From assembly GCA_028534125.1 (NCBI GenBank), contig CM052832.1:16370001-16434000 (forward strand): a DNA stretch of 64,000 nucleotides, written 5' to 3'. The position numbers and the translations under genes were made by a program. The stretch comes from Lama glama (taxonomy: Eukaryota). Under the pieces are notes generated by a model. That model had not been told where the DNA came from and searched no databases. It worked only from the letters and a program-made list of their open reading frames with translations. Every line of letters begins with the position of its first letter. The stretch's first letter is position 1. This document shows positions 60,165 through 64,000 of this stretch, in pieces.

Positions 60165-61917
60165 GGACCACAGTGGGAGTCATTCTGGAAGAATGGATGG
60201 GAGGAGACACAAGGAAGGACCCCATTATTTGTGATTGTGTTCATTTTGCTGTTTATAGTTTGTGGCAGGCGGGGGGCCATCCCCCTTTTCACTGTTCCTC
60301 CTGCACGGTTCCCCTCTTCCGTCCGGCAGTACCTAAGTCTCCCGGACACGCCCTGCATCAAATGAATGGATTATTCCTAATAATTAATAAAAAGGTATTT
60401 TTTCTACTGGCTGGCTAATAATGTGATTTCCCAGGTGTCCAGGAAGCCAAGGCTGGGAGTTGGGAGCTTTGGGAAACCCCAACTCCAGACAGCCAGTTTA
60501 ACCCGCCCTGTCTCTGCTGTCACCCCAGGCCTTCAGACCCCAACCTGAGCTGCCGTCACGCAGTGGGTCCCCAAGGCCTTCCTCTCCCTGGTGTGCCTAG
60601 TACTATCACGACTCTGCCTCCTCCCTGACCCCTGCCTAGTCCTTCCTGCGTACCACCACCCCAGGAGCCCGTGGTTGCCTCCTCTTGCTTACAACTCATG
60701 AGCTTTGTTGTTTAAAAAGTATTTTCTAGTACCTGATTTTACCTACTCAGCTCTTCTATTGATTGCCAGGTCCAGCCTACATGGTTTCCCCATCAGTACC
60801 TCCTGTTTTCCTTGCTAAGCTCTTGCTATTCCCACAGGGAGTGAGGAGTGGCCTGCACCCCGTGTCTTAAGCAGCAAACCCTGCACACTCTCCTCTCCAT
60901 GTCATCAAATTTCTCTCCTCATATCCTCTTTGCAATTCAGCAAACATGGGGTCTGCCAGGGACTGAGGACCAAATGACAAAGACTTAAATCCTCCGAGAG
61001 CCATACTTTACCTTTTTGGACAGCTGTTAGAATATTCTTAGTTTGAACCTGAGGAAATTGGTTCCCTGTAACTTCTGTCCTGTTTCCCATCCTTGGACCT
61101 CACAGAACAGAATGAGTCCCTCTCCCACCCATCCGTTTGTTGCCTGGCCACTTTCTTCCCTTGGAAACCTCTTTTCCCTGATGAAATGCCCCTAGGCTTA
61201 CCACCCTGGGTCCACTGTTTTGAACAAGATACTTAACATGGGCAACAATATTCTGATGTCCTAACTAGATAAAGTCTCTGGCTAATTTCAGTGTGTCCCC
61301 CAACCTCAGTGTACAAAGCTCCCCTGCTATCCCTGGGGCAGAGGCTCTCTGCCCCCACCAGCTCAGCAGCTCCTTAAGGGGAGACATAGTTTGTCTCCAC
61401 CAGAAGGAATGATCTGAGACTTGTCAGGTAACATGATGCGTACTACTTGGAGTTAGAAGAGAGGAGGTGGCCACAGCTCCAGAATGCTCCACCTTTAGCA
61501 AATACTGGAGAGCAGATACTGGTACCCCTCTCCTCTGTCCTGTCCTAGGGAGCAAACAGGATGGGAAGTGTGGAATATGGAGCTGTGGGACCAGTGGCAT
61601 GGTGCTGAACCTCACCTTCCCAGATCCACCAGGACAGTCGTCGCCTGGAAACCAAGTCTTTGTTCCGCTAAGAGAACCTCCTTAAATGCAATTAGGAGGT
61701 ACCCAGCCCCACCTCTCACACCCTAGAGACAAAGGACTCCCTGTTCCTGGCCATGGCCACCAGAGACTCTGTTGATCTGTCTCCACCACCACTGCCCTCC
61801 TCACTCCTTCCTGCACTTACTATAGAGAACAGTGGATGCCCTGATGGGCCCTTGGATACCTGAAGTGAGTAGGGAGAGGTGAGGTTCAACATTTGAATTC
61901 TGGACCACCCCACCCAA

Positions 61918-62417
61918 NNNNNNNNNNNNNNNNNNNNNNNNNNNNNNNNNNNNNNNNNNNNNNNNNNNNNNNNNNNNNNNNNNNNNNNNNNNNNNNNNNN
62001 NNNNNNNNNNNNNNNNNNNNNNNNNNNNNNNNNNNNNNNNNNNNNNNNNNNNNNNNNNNNNNNNNNNNNNNNNNNNNNNNNNNNNNNNNNNNNNNNNNNN
62101 NNNNNNNNNNNNNNNNNNNNNNNNNNNNNNNNNNNNNNNNNNNNNNNNNNNNNNNNNNNNNNNNNNNNNNNNNNNNNNNNNNNNNNNNNNNNNNNNNNNN
62201 NNNNNNNNNNNNNNNNNNNNNNNNNNNNNNNNNNNNNNNNNNNNNNNNNNNNNNNNNNNNNNNNNNNNNNNNNNNNNNNNNNNNNNNNNNNNNNNNNNNN
62301 NNNNNNNNNNNNNNNNNNNNNNNNNNNNNNNNNNNNNNNNNNNNNNNNNNNNNNNNNNNNNNNNNNNNNNNNNNNNNNNNNNNNNNNNNNNNNNNNNNNN
62401 NNNNNNNNNNNNNNNNN
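61918..62417. other. Assembly gap (500 N), probably hiding the LY6G5C start
   Basis: Run of N. Confidence 1.
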
Positions 62418-63726
62418 CCCCCCCAAGCCCTGTACATTAAGAGGAAAAGCCCTGTCCTCTTAATAATTCTGGTCATGATGAGCTTCGCATTGGGTAAGTG
62501 GCTCTAAGGGGTCAGAAGGTTCTCCTAGCCTGCTGGATAGAGAAATCCACAGACACCAGGTGTCTGGGTACATCTGCCAAGGATGTTCAGGTAAACCTAG
62601 GCAGGAGGAAAGACGGGATGTGTGGGCTTGGTGGGATAATGCCTGCAGACTGATAATGGACTGATGTTTATTCTGAGGGAGATTTCTGGTAACTTCCCCA
62701 GGGATGTCTCACTCAACAGCAGTGACCTAAGTGGATATACTAAAGGGAACCTCTTCATAGCTGAGGACAATACAGAATAGGGAGGGTTGGACGAACATAC
62801 CAGATGACAGCACTAGGATCCACCATGTAGAACAAGGCTGAATCCAACCTGATAACCTCATTTGGCTGCAAAGTACCATTTACACAGAAACAGGATTCAG
62901 TGTTTGCTCAGCATCTGCTTCACACCAAGTGCTCTGCTGGGCCTGGGCCTGGGACCAGAGGAAGAGGGAGACGAATATGCATGTAATAGAGGAGGGCTTT
63001 GGTGGACAAAATTTAATGAGTTGGATCAATGAGAGGACCACCAAACAAAGAATGTGGCTGTGGGCTACTTGAAGTCTCTTGTCTACACAAAGCAGAGATT
63101 CTTCCTGTCCTGTGATGGTCCACGCTGGTGTTTTCACTTCTGAATGTTACAGATTTAAGAAAGCATATTCAAGAGAATCTGGGAGTGCGGAGGAGTGTGG
63201 GGAACTGTGACACCAAGTCACAGAGGAAGAACTGTCCTAACAGGGGTACCCAAAGTTGGAATGGGCTGACTTGGCCTAACCATTGAACTTAGAGGCTTGG
63301 AGAGTGCTGGACACATTAGCCCCTCAAATACATGGTGAATGAATGAATGGATGGATGAGTTCCTCATTTCAGGAGGTATAATAGCAGAGAACGGTGGTTT
63401 TTAACAAGCACTAAGGCTTCTAATGGAAGATTTAGCCAGATGGTTTTAAAGAATTGGTAATTTTATGGTTTTTTGAGATGGGTAAGTGGGAGGGAACAGT
63501 GGGGTTGGCCAGCCTGGAAATTAGGTGGGTTTGAAATCAGTGCTTCTCTATGTTCTAGGTCAGCTCAATCTTAATGAACAAGAACCCCCTTATCTGCCTC
63601 AGTTAAACAAATACCTTCGCTGCTATCGATGCCTCTTGGAGACCAAGGAGTTGGGGTGCCTTCTGGGATCTGATATCTGCCTTGCCCCGCACGGCAGCAG
63701 CTGCATGACTCTGTTCATAAAGAACA
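62418..63726 (+). CDS. LY6G5C: Ly6/uPAR protein G5c, partial: 3' part of exon 1 (to 62493) and exon 2 (63559-63726); exon 3 lies beyond the window
   Basis: PQALY...VLLIILVMMSFALG|QLNL...KYLRCYRCLLETKELGCLLGSDICLAPHGSSCMTL; syntenic position next to ABHD16A. Confidence 0.92.
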
Positions 63727-64000
63727 GTAAGCTGCTTTCCCCCTTCTGTCTTGGGCCCAGTCTGTTCCCAAACTGAGCCTCTACCAGCCTTCTAGGCTGT
63801 ACCGCAAGTCTGGTTCCCACAGCTCTAAGATACTATTCCATCACTGTCTGTCTTTCCTTTCCTTTCGAGCCACTCCCTATCTCTACTTCCACTCTCCTTC
63901 CCTCCTCAGCTCACCCTCCTCATAGCACCCAGCCTTGTAGGGGACCCTCAAGATCACCAGATCCACAAGCCTTTCCTCGGGTTGCCTTCTCCCCATCTGT

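Noticed and set aside
61716..62507. Long ORFs spanning the second gap
   Set aside because: N artefacts; only the LY6G5C exon-1 tail is real.

Overview
Mammalian genomic DNA from the MHC class III region, in reverse orientation relative to human chr6. Gene order: MSH5(-), CLIC1(+), DDAH2(+), MPIG6B/G6B(-), LY6G6C(+), LY6G6D(-), LY6G6E(+), LY6G6F(-), ABHD16A(+) and a partial LY6G5C(+). I traced coding exons by hand through GT/AG boundaries; the nine complete genes all close in frame. tRNA-derived SINEs resembling the Vic-1 type suggest a camelid host (inference). Two 500-N gaps lie at 5585-6084 and 61918-62417. The most striking feature is a young-looking, 5'-truncated betaretroviral provirus, antisense in an MSH5 intron, resembling JSRV/ENTV. 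It shows the integrase C-terminus, env splice acceptor, an env signal peptide with a basic motif and textbook NES (Rej/Rem-like), and a 3' LTR rich in AACAAT motifs. Other notable items: a lost or shifted splice acceptor plus an in-frame intron and a Pro-rich duplication in MPIG6B; an L1 whose TSD duplicates an MSH5 donor; an intact LY6G6E; and an apparent templated insertion in LY6G5C exon 1. Homology calls come from recalled sequences, not database searches.
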